Under the pieces are notes generated by a model. It made no database searches. It saw nothing but the letters and a program-made list of their open reading frames with translations, and was not told the DNA's origin. The translations under genes were made by a program, and so were the position numbers. This document shows, one piece after another, positions 9,836-19,763 of a stretch of 64,000 nucleotides of DNA. This DNA comes from Planctomycetota bacterium (GTDB lineage Bacteria; Planctomycetota; UBA8742; UBA2392): assembly GCA_020849795.1 (NCBI GenBank), contig JADZFR010000007.1:16184-80183 (forward strand). The letters are read 5' to 3'. Each line of letters starts with the position of its first letter. Position 1 is the stretch's first letter.

Positions 9836-10260
9836 TCGCGATCCTTGTTGCCGCCCTTTGATTCCATGCGCGTCACTGTGCGCACAAGCCAGGTCATGCC
9901 TGCCACCGCGCCCAGCGCCGCCCCCGTCACCAGCAGCCACGGCGTTGTTTCCAGCAACGTGTCTGCCCAATACCCCGCCCCCATCGGCAGAAGCATCAGC
10001 ACCAGAAACTGCATGCCGATGCCGGTGTAGCGCACGTAGGCGTGCATGCCCGCCTGGTGCCTGCCGCGTTTTCGGCTGGCGTCCGACTGCTCGGACATCG
10101 CCGATTGCCGCAACTTCTCGGCCTCGCTTTCCAGCCGCCGATACTCTTCCGGGTCTGGTGCTTCAGGCCGCTTCATGTCGCCGTTCGGAGCCAAATCCAC
10201 GCCCCTTTTCCGGCTCGGGGCCGGGAACATAACAGGGGGGTATGGCAGGGTCAACCGCAC
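9832..10260 (-). CDS. atpZ: AtpZ-like putative F0F1-ATPase accessory subunit (atp operon gene 1 family)
   Basis: C-terminal two-TM segment GIGMQFLVLMLLPMGAGYWADTLLETTPWLLVTGAALGAVAG matches the AtpZ family. Charged N-terminal extension; start codon uncertain. Confidence 0.5.
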   Translation of the reverse strand: MRLTLPYPPVMFPAPSRKRGVDLAPNGDMKRPEAPDPEEYRRLESEAEKLRQSAMSEQSDASRKRGRHQAGMHAYVRYTGIGMQFLVLMLLPMGAGYWADTLLETTPWLLVTGAALGAVAGMTWLVRTVTRMESKGGNKDRE

Positions 10261-10342
10261 AAGTCAAAGGGTTTGGGCCGGGATAACCACAGGCCCGGAA
10301 GTGACTTCCGCACAGCAAAATCGCCCACGCCAAAACGGCTGC

Positions 10343-11470
10343 TCAGGCGGTGGCGATCGTGTCGTCGAAGGGTGCTACGCCGGCCTGGGCACAGGTCTGG
10401 CGCATGTCTTGCAGTTCGATTTCGCGGTCGCTGGCGTCGCCGTACGCGAGTGTCATTTCGTAGCCGCGCCGCCACTCGTCACGGGCCGCGCGCTCATTGC
10501 CCCGGCGCAGCAGCACCAGCGCGTAGCGACAGCGGTCGTACGCCTCATAGGGCCGGTTGTACACCGACTGGTGCAGGGTCAGCGCGGCCGCATAGCTTGC
10601 CTCGGCCTCGGCAAGTCGGCCCAGCCCGTTCAGGATCATGCCCACGTTGCCGCGCACAATCCCGGCTGTGCGCCGGTTGTCGGTCTCGGTCGCCACCTTG
10701 ATTGCCTCGTCGGCACACGCCAGAGCCTCTTGCGGCTGGCCGACGTCAGACAGGTAGACGCAAATGTTGCCAAGCGCCACCGACTCGCCACGCCGGTTGC
10801 CCGAGGCGCGATACAGATCGAGCGCCTGCTTTTGCAGTGCAAACGCTTCTTCGCGCTTCCCCCGCATACGCTGCAACCCTGCCATGTTCGTAATGGCCAT
10901 GGCCTCGGTCTCGGGGTCACCGGCTTCGCGCGCGAGCACCAACGCACCGTTCAGCAGCGACTCGGCCTCGTTCAAGCCGCCCAGCACGAACTGGGTCACC
11001 GCCTGTTTGTGGATCACTGCGGCTTGAAGCTTCGCGTCGCCAGCGGCCGCCGCAAGCTCAAGTGCCTGGGCCAGCCGCGACCCAGCTTGCTTGGCGCTGC
11101 CGGTGGTCAGAAGCTGGTCTGCGGCAAGTTGCAGGGCCTGCGCCTTTTTGGCGGGGTCGGTTTCCAGTGCCGCGGCCTGGTCAAACCAGTGCAGCGCGGC
11201 TGGATCATGCTTTGCCGACGCAAACTTCGCGGCCCGCCAAGTGTAGGCAAGCAGCGCTTCGCGCAGCGCCGGGTCGCCCGAACGCTGCGCATGCTCGGCC
11301 AGCTCGGCGGCCAACTGGTCGCGCTGCTCATCCGGGTGAAAGTGCTCGATCAGCTTCAGCGCCAGCCCATGAAGCCGCGCCTTGTCGGCGGGCAGTTGCA
11401 GTTCGTACGCGGCATCGCGCAGCAGCGCGTGCCGGAACAGGTAGTCAAGTTTCCGTATCGGTTCGTCCAT
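10343..11470 (-). CDS. TPR repeat protein (orphan STAND-type C-terminal module)
   Basis: Repeated ~34-aa Ala/Leu-rich TPR units. N-terminus begins with FRHALLRDAAYE, a motif typical of the NTPase-TPR junction of STAND regulators. Confidence 0.7.
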   Translation of the reverse strand: MDEPIRKLDYLFRHALLRDAAYELQLPADKARLHGLALKLIEHFHPDEQRDQLAAELAEHAQRSGDPALREALLAYTWRAAKFASAKHDPAALHWFDQAAALETDPAKKAQALQLAADQLLTTGSAKQAGSRLAQALELAAAAGDAKLQAAVIHKQAVTQFVLGGLNEAESLLNGALVLAREAGDPETEAMAITNMAGLQRMRGKREEAFALQKQALDLYRASGNRRGESVALGNICVYLSDVGQPQEALACADEAIKVATETDNRRTAGIVRGNVGMILNGLGRLAEAEASYAAALTLHQSVYNRPYEAYDRCRYALVLLRRGNERAARDEWRRGYEMTLAYGDASDREIELQDMRQTCAQAGVAPFDDTIATA

Positions 11471-11489
11471 GAACGACAGCGCGGGATGA

Positions 11490-11777
11490 CTACTCTGCGG
11501 TCGCGTTACCGTACAGGTCCCAGAAGTGGCCGTACCCGTACATGCAGACGTAGATCATGATCAGAGACAGCGTACCCATCACGTACCACACGTAGCGCAC
11601 CGCCGGCTGGTTGGTATGCAGCTCAAGCAGGCGAGCAGGCAACCAGATGCCCAGCACCACGCCGACCGCCGTCGCCAGCACGGTGATGATGACGCGCACC
11701 CAGTGCACGTTGGCGAGAAAGTCAAAGACGTCGCTAAGCCACTCCATCTTGGCCTGCAGGGGTGAAGCCAGGGACAT
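11490..11777 (-). CDS. Small hypothetical membrane protein
   Basis: 95 aa with two hydrophobic helices. Overlaps the 3' end of lpxL; start uncertain. Confidence 0.4.
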   Translation of the reverse strand: MSLASPLQAKMEWLSDVFDFLANVHWVRVIITVLATAVGVVLGIWLPARLLELHTNQPAVRYVWYVMGTLSLIMIYVCMYGYGHFWDLYGNATAE

Positions 11778-12765
11778 TCAGCATCGCCGCCCGCGCGTAA
11801 GGGGTCAAGCGCCGGCCCAGGTTGGCATAGCGGTCGGGCCAGCCCTTCTTGCGGGCCTTGAACCGGCGGTGTACCCAGAAGTACTGCTCGGGATATTCGC
11901 GCACGACTCGCTCAACGGCGTCGCGGTAGTCGCGCACGATCTGCATTGGGTCGGTGCCCTGCGGGTAAGTGTGAGTCTCGGGCGGCAGAAACTTGAATTG
12001 AAAGCGGTCGCCGTCGCGCACACAAAAGTGAAACGACACGTTGCCGCCGGCGCGCAGCACCAGCCGCGTGAAGTCAGTCTGCCAGGTGCAGGGTACGCCG
12101 AAAAAAGTCTCGACCGGCGCGAAATCTCCGCCGTTCTGGTCGACCAGCGTGCCGATCTGTCGCTTTTCCTTGATTGCGCGCAGGTAGGCGCGGCCGCCTT
12201 CGTCGGCTTTCACGCACTCGTTGCCAAGCGCCTTGCGTGCGCGCACCAGCCAGTAGTCCAGCAGCGGCGGCTTGACAGGCTTGGCGATCAGCGTGAGCGG
12301 CAGGTGGTCGGGGCTGCGGCCGATGTTGAACGTGACGATCTCGAAATTGCCAATGTGCGCGGTGAGGTTAAAGACCGCCTCGGGCTTACGGTACCAGTCG
12401 AGGAATTCCTGCTCGTTGACGTCGCTGTGAAAGCGCGGGCTGTGCTTGCCGGGTGTGAAATGGCGCGGGATCAACAGATAATCAACGAATTGGTAGACAC
12501 TGTGCCGGAAACCGAGCCTCGCGATGCGGTTTCGCTCGCGCACGTCCTTTTCGGGAAAGCACAGGTCCACGTTGCGCAACGAATAGCCGCGCAGCTTTGA
12601 CATCAGCAGCCAGCCCAGCGACGCCATGCGCCGCGCCCAGAAATACGCCCATGCCGGCCCGAACAGCGTCCACCAGAACGCGCACCAGCGCATCGCAAGT
12701 TCAACCGGCACGCGCACAATGGCGCGATCCAGGGCATGGCGACGTTTGGGTTTGTTTTTCTTCAC
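11734..12765 (-). CDS. lpxL: Lipid A biosynthesis acyltransferase, LpxL/HtrB family
   Basis: Lauroyl/myristoyl acyltransferase family fold with the H(x4)E-like motif AHIGNFE. 4-nt overlap with the lpxK stop. Confidence 0.7.
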   Translation of the reverse strand: MKKNKPKRRHALDRAIVRVPVELAMRWCAFWWTLFGPAWAYFWARRMASLGWLLMSKLRGYSLRNVDLCFPEKDVRERNRIARLGFRHSVYQFVDYLLIPRHFTPGKHSPRFHSDVNEQEFLDWYRKPEAVFNLTAHIGNFEIVTFNIGRSPDHLPLTLIAKPVKPPLLDYWLVRARKALGNECVKADEGGRAYLRAIKEKRQIGTLVDQNGGDFAPVETFFGVPCTWQTDFTRLVLRAGGNVSFHFCVRDGDRFQFKFLPPETHTYPQGTDPMQIVRDYRDAVERVVREYPEQYFWVHRRFKARKKGWPDRYANLGRRLTPYARAAMLNVPGFTPAGQDGVA

Positions 12766-13847
12766 GACTGCTTGGACTTGTCCAGGACGACTGACAGCAC
12801 GCGTTTGAGCTCGTCTTCTCCCTTGAGCAGCCGGAACTCCACACGCAATTCGTAGATCGGCAGCGCAGGCTCAAGTTGCTCAGCCAGATCGCGCAGCTTT
12901 ACGGCATCCTTTTGCGTGCAGACGGCCAAGGCCGCGCCGGCCTCTTTGGAAGCCCGCAGAAACGGCTCAAGCTGCCGCGTCCACACGCCGGCATCCATGC
13001 GCTGGTGATCATCCAGTTGCAGAACCCCGACGGGGCTCACGGTTGCGCCCCGAGCCTCAAGGGTGCGCTGGAAACCGGTCGGGTTGCCGATGCCGCAGAA
13101 CGGCGCCACGATCACACCGCCCAGAACGTCCAGCGGCACCTCGCGCGTGGCGCCGAGCTGCACCAGCCGCACCGGCACATGGGCGGCATGCGCCACGTCA
13201 CCCGTGAAGCCGATACAGCGGATTGTGTCTTCCAGGTCGCGCAGCCGTTCGGGCTTGGCGACGTCGGCGCGCGAAAACACCGCAAAGCGGGCGCGGCGCA
13301 CACTGCGCAACGGCTCTCGCATCAGGCCGCGCGGCAACATGCGCCCGTATCCGAAGGGATTGAGCGAGTCAAACAGCAGGATGTCGAGGTCGCGCTTGAG
13401 GCGCAGGTGGCTGAACCCGTCGTCAAGCACGACCACATCAGCGCCCTCTGCTTTGGCGCGCCGGGCTGCGGCGACACGGTCGGGGTCCTGGATGTGCGGC
13501 ACGCCCGGGCACAACTCTTCGAGCACACGTTGTTCGTCGTTGCCCGCGCCTTCAGACTTATAGCCGCGCGACACAATACAGGGCTTGCGTCCCATGGCCT
13601 GTAACGCTTTGACCACCCAGGCGACCGCAGGCGTCTTGCCCGTGCCGCCAGTCGTAAGGTTGCCTACGCAGATGACGGCAATGCCCGCACTGTGTCGCCT
13701 GCATATGCCAAGGCGATAACAGGCCAGCCGGGTCACCGCGCCCATTGCAAACCACCAGGAAGCATAGCGCAACCACAGGCGCAGGAATGCCGCCCACGGC
13801 CCGCGCCGCTGCCCGGAAATCAAGTCAATGAAGTCGCGCTGCTGCAC
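12762..13847 (-). CDS. lpxK: Tetraacyldisaccharide 4'-kinase
   Basis: P-loop VICVGNLTTGGTGKTP, characteristic of LpxK. ~360 aa. Confidence 0.85.
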   Translation of the reverse strand: MQQRDFIDLISGQRRGPWAAFLRLWLRYASWWFAMGAVTRLACYRLGICRRHSAGIAVICVGNLTTGGTGKTPAVAWVVKALQAMGRKPCIVSRGYKSEGAGNDEQRVLEELCPGVPHIQDPDRVAAARRAKAEGADVVVLDDGFSHLRLKRDLDILLFDSLNPFGYGRMLPRGLMREPLRSVRRARFAVFSRADVAKPERLRDLEDTIRCIGFTGDVAHAAHVPVRLVQLGATREVPLDVLGGVIVAPFCGIGNPTGFQRTLEARGATVSPVGVLQLDDHQRMDAGVWTRQLEPFLRASKEAGAALAVCTQKDAVKLRDLAEQLEPALPIYELRVEFRLLKGEDELKRVLSVVLDKSKQS

Positions 13848-13891
13848 AGCATGGGTTTAGGCGACGCTATGAAAAAGCGGAAGGGCCAAGG

Positions 13892-14932
13892 CTATTCGAA
13901 CAACTCGCGGTACAGGTCGTCGATCAGCTTCTTTTCGCGGGTGGTGACCTTGGTGCGCGAAACGGCGCGTTCGCCGGGGTGCTTCATCTCGGGGATACTC
14001 GGTGTTGACCCGTCAAGTGGCTTGCCGTCGGGGTTGTACACCCAGCGCGAGCGCTCTTTCGTGGTGGTGTCGCCCTTGCCCGCTTCCGGCTTGACCTTGT
14101 CGACGTTGGTCTTGATGTCCGGTTCTTCAGTTGCGGGCGGCTTTTCGGGCTGCCCCTTCTTGTCGCCGGTGCCGCCGGAGGCCGGGGCTTCGGGCGGGCC
14201 TTCATCCTTGGGCTTGGCGTTGTCGGGCGCATCACCTGCACCGCCCTGCGGCGTGTTGCCGTCCGGCTTGCCTGCGACGTCTCCTTCGCCGCCGTCGCTG
14301 CCGCCTTCTCTTTCGCCCGGCGTGTCCGGTGTCCCCTCGGTGGGCTCGCCACCGCCGCCCTGCGCGGGGGGCTGGCTATCTGGCGATGCAGCCGGTTGCT
14401 CGTTCTGGGGCGGCGTCTTGGCCATTTGGTCGGCTGAGTCTTCCCGCGGGTCAAGCTTGGCGAACACGAGCGGGAACAGCGCCAGCATCAGCGCCACAAA
14501 CAACGGTGCAAAGTGCCGCCTGGGTGCAGCGGCCTTTTCTTTGCCTGGGTCCAGGGAGCGCGCGATGCGGTCCGCCAGCGGCTGTCGGAACATGCCGCTG
14601 CCCTCAAGATACGCGGGCAAAGCGTCGCCAAGGCCAAGCGCCTTGTCCAGCAACAGCGCGTAATCCGGCGCACCGGGGGAGCCACCCTTGGTGTACGCCC
14701 GCCGCGTCAGGACCATTGCACAAACGATACCCGCCACGCCAATGATCGCTAACGCTAACAGCCACGGCCAGTCCGGCTGCAAAAGCAGGCCCGCAAGCAT
14801 GCCGGCAAAGGCGACCCCGGTGGCTGGCAGCACCGCCCAGCGCCCGCCGGCGTTTACCATGGCCGACGTCAGCCAGCGCCGACGGGTGCGGTCCAGAGCA
14901 CGAGAAATCTCAGATTGTTCGGTCTCGGCCAT
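13892..14932 (-). CDS. Hypothetical membrane protein with a Gly/Pro/Asp/Glu-rich low-complexity region
   Basis: TM helices at the N-terminus and middle, then a long PEG-rich disordered segment. Start set at MAETEQ; the ORF extends to 15217 into a divergent promoter region. Confidence 0.5.
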   Translation of the reverse strand: MAETEQSEISRALDRTRRRWLTSAMVNAGGRWAVLPATGVAFAGMLAGLLLQPDWPWLLALAIIGVAGIVCAMVLTRRAYTKGGSPGAPDYALLLDKALGLGDALPAYLEGSGMFRQPLADRIARSLDPGKEKAAAPRRHFAPLFVALMLALFPLVFAKLDPREDSADQMAKTPPQNEQPAASPDSQPPAQGGGGEPTEGTPDTPGEREGGSDGGEGDVAGKPDGNTPQGGAGDAPDNAKPKDEGPPEAPASGGTGDKKGQPEKPPATEEPDIKTNVDKVKPEAGKGDTTTKERSRWVYNPDGKPLDGSTPSIPEMKHPGERAVSRTKVTTREKKLIDDLYRELFE

Positions 14933-15108
14933 CTTCAATAGAACGCTGGCAAGTGCTTTCAGGTTCCAGTGTTGTGCGAATCGCCCGCATGCGCAAGTAC
15001 TGTTTACCAAGCTGTTACCGAAACCCGTGAAACGTTGGGCACCTTGCCACGTATCTTTCATGTACGGATTGGCACCCAATTCGCCCTCTGCCCTGACCGG
15101 AGCCTGCC

Positions 15109-16500
15109 ATGAAACGAGTGTTGCTTGCATTACCGCTGCTGCTGGCTGCGTGCGTCGCGCGCACGCCGGAACCTTCTGTTGAGCACACGACCCCCGATAT
15201 GAAAGTCTCGGCCCCAAAGGTCGCCGAGGCTCCCGCTGCGCTGGTCGCGTTGCTGCCCGCGGGCCACCGCGCCGGCATGTCGGTCGAGGTCAACGGTGCC
15301 CGCATTGTCGCGATCCTCGCCGACGACGCCACTGCTGAAACGCCCTACGTCGTGCTTGACGAGGCCATGAAGGCCGAAGTCTGCGTCATTCGCGAAACCG
15401 GCGCCGCCAGCGCCGAAGGCGAGCAGATCGAGGGCGACGTCAACACGCTGCTCGTGACCAACAGCGGCGACAAGCCGATTTTCCTGATGGCCGGCGACCT
15501 GGTGCTGGGCGGCAAGCAGGACCGCGTGCTGGCCGAAAGCGTGGTCGTGGACGCGGGCGTAACAGACATGCGCATCCCGGTGTTCTGTGTCGAAAGCGGC
15601 CGCTGGCAGGTGCAGGGCAAAGACGGCGAACACGCCGACAAAGGCACGTTTGCCAACGAAGCGTCGTGCGGCCAGGTTGACGTGAACGTCAAGCGCCAGG
15701 CCATCGCCACGGGCAACCAGGGCGAAGTTTGGAAGCAGGTCGCGATGAACAACAGTGCGCTGAAAGTCTCGGCAGACTCGGGCACATTCCGCGCCACCTA
15801 CGACGACGAAGCAACTCGCAAGCAGATTGAAGACGCCTACGCGCAGGCCGCGCGGCTTGTGAATGGCAAGCTGGTCGGGTTTGCGGTGGTCCACGACGGA
15901 GAAGTTGCCGCCATGGATATCTTTGACAGCACCGGCCTTGCGCACAAGGTCAGTGAAAAGCTGCTGCGCAGCTACATCATCACCGCGATCGGCAACGGGT
16001 ATGAAGTAGCGCTGCCTCAGAAGCTGGCGCGCGAGACAGTGAGCTTCGTGTGCACAAACATCGCAGTTACCCAGGCTGCCGGCACCCTGGGAAGGCTGCT
16101 GAACGTAGCCATCACAATTGACGAAGAAGTGAAGGGCGAAGTCACCCTTAAACTTGAAAGCACCGACGGTGTCGCGGCCATCACTGCGCTGGCCGAGCAG
16201 GTCAAGGCGGTTGCCGTTGTCCAGGAAAGCAGCCTGCTGCTGATGCCGCGGACTGAGTACGAGCAGCGCACGATTGAGTTTACGCAAAACGACAACCGGC
16301 AGCGCGTTCAGACTGAATCCATCCGCACAGCGGGCAACGATGAGCTGGAACGCCGCTCGGACGAGCCTGCACCGCCCAGCGAATCCGCGCCCAACGACCG
16401 CACCGCCAATTCGCGCGAGTACAAAAAGGACGCCGTAAACTACTCGTGCGAAGACAAGAAGACCGGACGCAAAGTGCAGTCCAGCTACATGCGCCGATAA
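15109..16500 (+). CDS. Hypothetical lipoprotein
   Basis: Signal peptide plus lipobox LAAC. 463 aa, no recognisable catalytic motif. Confidence 0.6.
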   Translation: MKRVLLALPLLLAACVARTPEPSVEHTTPDMKVSAPKVAEAPAALVALLPAGHRAGMSVEVNGARIVAILADDATAETPYVVLDEAMKAEVCVIRETGAASAEGEQIEGDVNTLLVTNSGDKPIFLMAGDLVLGGKQDRVLAESVVVDAGVTDMRIPVFCVESGRWQVQGKDGEHADKGTFANEASCGQVDVNVKRQAIATGNQGEVWKQVAMNNSALKVSADSGTFRATYDDEATRKQIEDAYAQAARLVNGKLVGFAVVHDGEVAAMDIFDSTGLAHKVSEKLLRSYIITAIGNGYEVALPQKLARETVSFVCTNIAVTQAAGTLGRLLNVAITIDEEVKGEVTLKLESTDGVAAITALAEQVKAVAVVQESSLLLMPRTEYEQRTIEFTQNDNRQRVQTESIRTAGNDELERRSDEPAPPSESAPNDRTANSREYKKDAVNYSCEDKKTGRKVQSSYMRR

Positions 16501-16524
16501 GGCATGTGTCCTGTTTGCAGCAAA

Positions 16525-16551
16525 GCATGGGCCGCCAATAGCGGCCCATGT
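16525..16551. terminator. Bidirectional hairpin between convergent genes
   Basis: Perfect 10-bp inverted repeat CATGGGCCGC-caata-GCGGCCCATG, between the stop codons at 16500 (+) and 16571 (-). Confidence 0.45.
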
Positions 16552-16570
16552 GCTTTCATGCGCGCACGCG

Positions 16571-17200
16571 TCAATCGAAAATCACTTTCACGTCCACCCG
16601 CCCGGCTTTCAGGCTGATGTCGCGCTTTGTGCCCTCAAGCTGGTCCAGCTTGGTCTGTACGGGCTCAAGCTTGCCCTCAAGCATGAACAGCGTGTTCAGG
16701 TCCTGGGCACGCTCGATCATGTCCATGATGCGCGCGCGCACGGCCCGCGTGCTTTCAATGCGGGCCTCAAGCGACCAGTATTCGCCGGTGCGGTCCCAGG
16801 CGCTGAAATCCAGTTCTTCGATTTCCCACTTGTCTGTGTTCTCAATCTCCTTCAGCAGTTTCTCGAGGCTCGTGGCCGGCATCTTGAACGTCACGCTGTT
16901 GGTGCTCAGCGACATCACGATGGCATCAAACTCAAGCGCCCGACGGCGCAGCTTTGCCGACGCCTGCAATTCGTCTTTCACATCCACCTTGATCCAGCCG
17001 CTGCGCTCAATCCTGAACTCGGCCGGGTCCGGTGCTGCTTCGCCCAGCGGCACAGTGTCTGCCCGCTCCGCCGCGGCGCCCCCGCTGTCGTCGGCCATGG
17101 TGCGCGAGTCGGGGGGCGGCGTTTCATGAGGCACCTGCCGCGACGCGCAGCCACCAAGCAGTACCAATGCGACCAGACCCACGCCCAGTGCGTTCTTCAT
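16571..17200 (-). CDS. Hypothetical lipoprotein (DUF4349-like)
   Basis: Signal peptide plus lipobox LGGC, coiled-coil central region, C-terminal beta segment. Confidence 0.55.
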   Translation of the reverse strand: MKNALGVGLVALVLLGGCASRQVPHETPPPDSRTMADDSGGAAAERADTVPLGEAAPDPAEFRIERSGWIKVDVKDELQASAKLRRRALEFDAIVMSLSTNSVTFKMPATSLEKLLKEIENTDKWEIEELDFSAWDRTGEYWSLEARIESTRAVRARIMDMIERAQDLNTLFMLEGKLEPVQTKLDQLEGTKRDISLKAGRVDVKVIFD

Positions 17201-17252
17201 GTGAAATCTCCTAAGTTGATGGTCCCGTCGCTAAAGTCCGTGCTCAGCCGCC

Positions 17253-19742
17253 ATGGGTTCAGAAACTTCCATCATCGCCCGCGCGAAACCGCGCCGCCCG
17301 GCATTGCTCGCCGGCTGCGCGGCTGTCGCCGGATGTGCGGTTGCGGCGTGGGTGTCGGATGCGGGGCCACTGAAATTCGCGGCGCTTGCTTTGGCGGTTC
17401 TGCTGGTGATCACGACCGCGCTGTTGCGGCAGAATCCTCAGCTTCGGGCATGGCTCATCGCGTGCGCCGTGGCAGCGGCGTTCACGGCTTGGGCTTCATG
17501 GCGCGCAGCGCCGGCGCCCGGCGCCCTGGAAACGTTTTTTCCTGCCGATGCCGAGTTGGTGCGCATCGAGGGCGTGATCGTCGAAGGCGGCGACTATGTG
17601 CGCCGCGACCCTGCGGCCTTTGAGTATCCCGAGGCGCCGGAGCCCCAGGGCGGTTTTCCTGTCGGCGCCGACGCGCGGCGCAATGTCAGCTATCTGCTTG
17701 AGGTGCAAAGCCTGCCCGACCTGGGCGAGGATGCCGGCGGCTTTGTCAAAGTCTACGCCCACCCCGACACCCGCCTGACACCGGGCGCACGGGTGCGCGT
17801 CATCGGCAAGCTGCGACAACCGCGCCGCGCCGGCAACCCCGGCGAAGTCGACAGCCGCGCGCTATACCGTCGGCGCGGCATCACGCACACGATGACGCTG
17901 GACCATCCCGATCATGCCGTCGTGGTTGCTGAGCCGTCGTGGTGGTCGCCGCACGCGCTGGCCTATGCCGTGCACGTGCAGTTTCACAAGCTTGTCGGCT
18001 CGCGCATGGCGCGGGATCGCGCCGCCATACTGGGCGCGACACTGCTTGGCGAACGCGGCAACTTGTCCCACGACCAGCGCGCGAGGTTCGTGCGCAGCGG
18101 CACCGTCCACCTGCTGGTGGTCAGCGGCCTGCACGTCGGCTTGCTTGCGGGCGCGGTCGTGATCTTCTTGCGCATCCTGGGGCTTGAGCCGCGCAAGGCG
18201 TGGGCCGTGGGCGCTGCCATCGCCATCGTGTACCTGTTCGTCACCGGGCTGCAGCCGAGCGTACTGCGCGCGACAGTGATGCTGGTGGTGTATGCGCTGG
18301 GCCGCATGCTGTCTCGACGCCCCGACGCGCTGAATGTGCTGGGCGCCAGCGCGCTGGTTTCTCTGGCCATCAGCCCCGGCGATGTGGCCGAGCTGGGATT
18401 TCAACTCAGCTACCTGAGCGTGCTGGGCATCTTCGTGTTCGCGCCGGCCTTCAAGCTGTTCAAGCCGCTGACGCCCTCTGAGCGCGCGACGCGTGGCATC
18501 AGCGGCCGAGCAATGAACTGGCTTGGCGGGTCGGTGCGTGCGTCGCTGGGTGTCGGCGTCTGCACCTGGCCGCTTCTGGTGTACACGGTGCATGTGCTCA
18601 GCCCGGTGATGGTTGCCTCGAACCTGTTTGCCGCGCCGCTGCTGGCGCTCATGCTTGTGCTGGGATTGCTGACGCCTCTCGCGGCAATCCCGGGGGTGGG
18701 AGCGGCCCTGGCCTGGGCGCTGTCGCTGCTGGCCGGCCTGCTGGACACCCTTGCGGGCGGCTTGGCGGCAGTACCGTACGGTCACCTGTTTCTGCCCGCG
18801 CCGGCGGTCTGGTGGCTGGCCGGGTACTACGCGCTGCTGCCCCTGATGATGATCTTGCCGCGTCTGCGCACCCCTAGAGTTGCGGGCGCGGCCCTGTGGC
18901 TGATGTGGCTGTGCATTTTGCCGGCCTCAACACTGATGGCGAGCGATGGGCCCGGCCCGGTGCGCATGACGGCGCTGGACGTGGGGCAGGGCCAGTGCGT
19001 CGTGATTGAGGTGCCGGACGGCCCTTGCGTCGTGCTGGATTGCGGCAGCACCAGCCTTGGAGCGTCCGGCGAACGTGTGCTTGCCCCCTACTTGTGGTCG
19101 CGCGGTCGGGGCCGGATTGACGCCTTGATCATTTCGCACGCGGATGCAGACCATGTGAACGGTCTGCCGCAACTGTTTGAGCGTTTTCCGGTTGGCGTGG
19201 TCTACGTGAGCGAAACGTTCGCAGATGATGAAACAGGCGCGGCGCTGCTTGCCTGGCTGACCGAACGCGCCGACGTGCGGCTGCTCAGGCGCGGCGACGA
19301 ACTTGAACTTGCGCCCAGGTTGCGTATGCGCTGTCTTTGGCCCGATATCGCCTGGGCGCACGGCCTGATGAACACGCGTGAGCAACGCAACGACGGCGGC
19401 CTGGTGCTTGAACTGCAAGCCGGCCCCAGCCGTGTGCTGCTGCCCAGCGACGTGGAAACGCACGGCATGGCGGGCGTGCTGCCGCTGACACCCCGTGCCG
19501 ACGTGGTGTTTGCGCCCCACCAGGGCAGCGCCGTGGACGGCTTGCCGGACATGCTGCGCCGCTGGCAGCCGGCACACGTGGTAGTGAGCGCCCGCGAGTC
19601 CTTTCCGGCAGACAGCGCAATGCAAGCCTTCACCGCTTCCGGCGCGGCGGTGTGGAAAACATGGCAGCACGGCGCGATTACGTTTGAACTTGGTGCCGAC
19701 GGCGGGATGGAAGTAATTCCGTGGCTCGGGCGTTCCGACTAG
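17253..19742 (+). CDS. comEC: DNA internalization-related competence protein ComEC/Rec2
   Basis: Multi-TM competence domain followed by a C-terminal metallo-beta-lactamase fold (LDVGQGQCVVIE...ISHADADHVNG). Confidence 0.85.
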   Translation: MGSETSIIARAKPRRPALLAGCAAVAGCAVAAWVSDAGPLKFAALALAVLLVITTALLRQNPQLRAWLIACAVAAAFTAWASWRAAPAPGALETFFPADAELVRIEGVIVEGGDYVRRDPAAFEYPEAPEPQGGFPVGADARRNVSYLLEVQSLPDLGEDAGGFVKVYAHPDTRLTPGARVRVIGKLRQPRRAGNPGEVDSRALYRRRGITHTMTLDHPDHAVVVAEPSWWSPHALAYAVHVQFHKLVGSRMARDRAAILGATLLGERGNLSHDQRARFVRSGTVHLLVVSGLHVGLLAGAVVIFLRILGLEPRKAWAVGAAIAIVYLFVTGLQPSVLRATVMLVVYALGRMLSRRPDALNVLGASALVSLAISPGDVAELGFQLSYLSVLGIFVFAPAFKLFKPLTPSERATRGISGRAMNWLGGSVRASLGVGVCTWPLLVYTVHVLSPVMVASNLFAAPLLALMLVLGLLTPLAAIPGVGAALAWALSLLAGLLDTLAGGLAAVPYGHLFLPAPAVWWLAGYYALLPLMMILPRLRTPRVAGAALWLMWLCILPASTLMASDGPGPVRMTALDVGQGQCVVIEVPDGPCVVLDCGSTSLGASGERVLAPYLWSRGRGRIDALIISHADADHVNGLPQLFERFPVGVVYVSETFADDETGAALLAWLTERADVRLLRRGDELELAPRLRMRCLWPDIAWAHGLMNTREQRNDGGLVLELQAGPSRVLLPSDVETHGMAGVLPLTPRADVVFAPHQGSAVDGLPDMLRRWQPAHVVVSARESFPADSAMQAFTASGAAVWKTWQHGAITFELGADGGMEVIPWLGRSD

Positions 19743-19763
19743 CATGCCGTCAAAGGAATTCCA

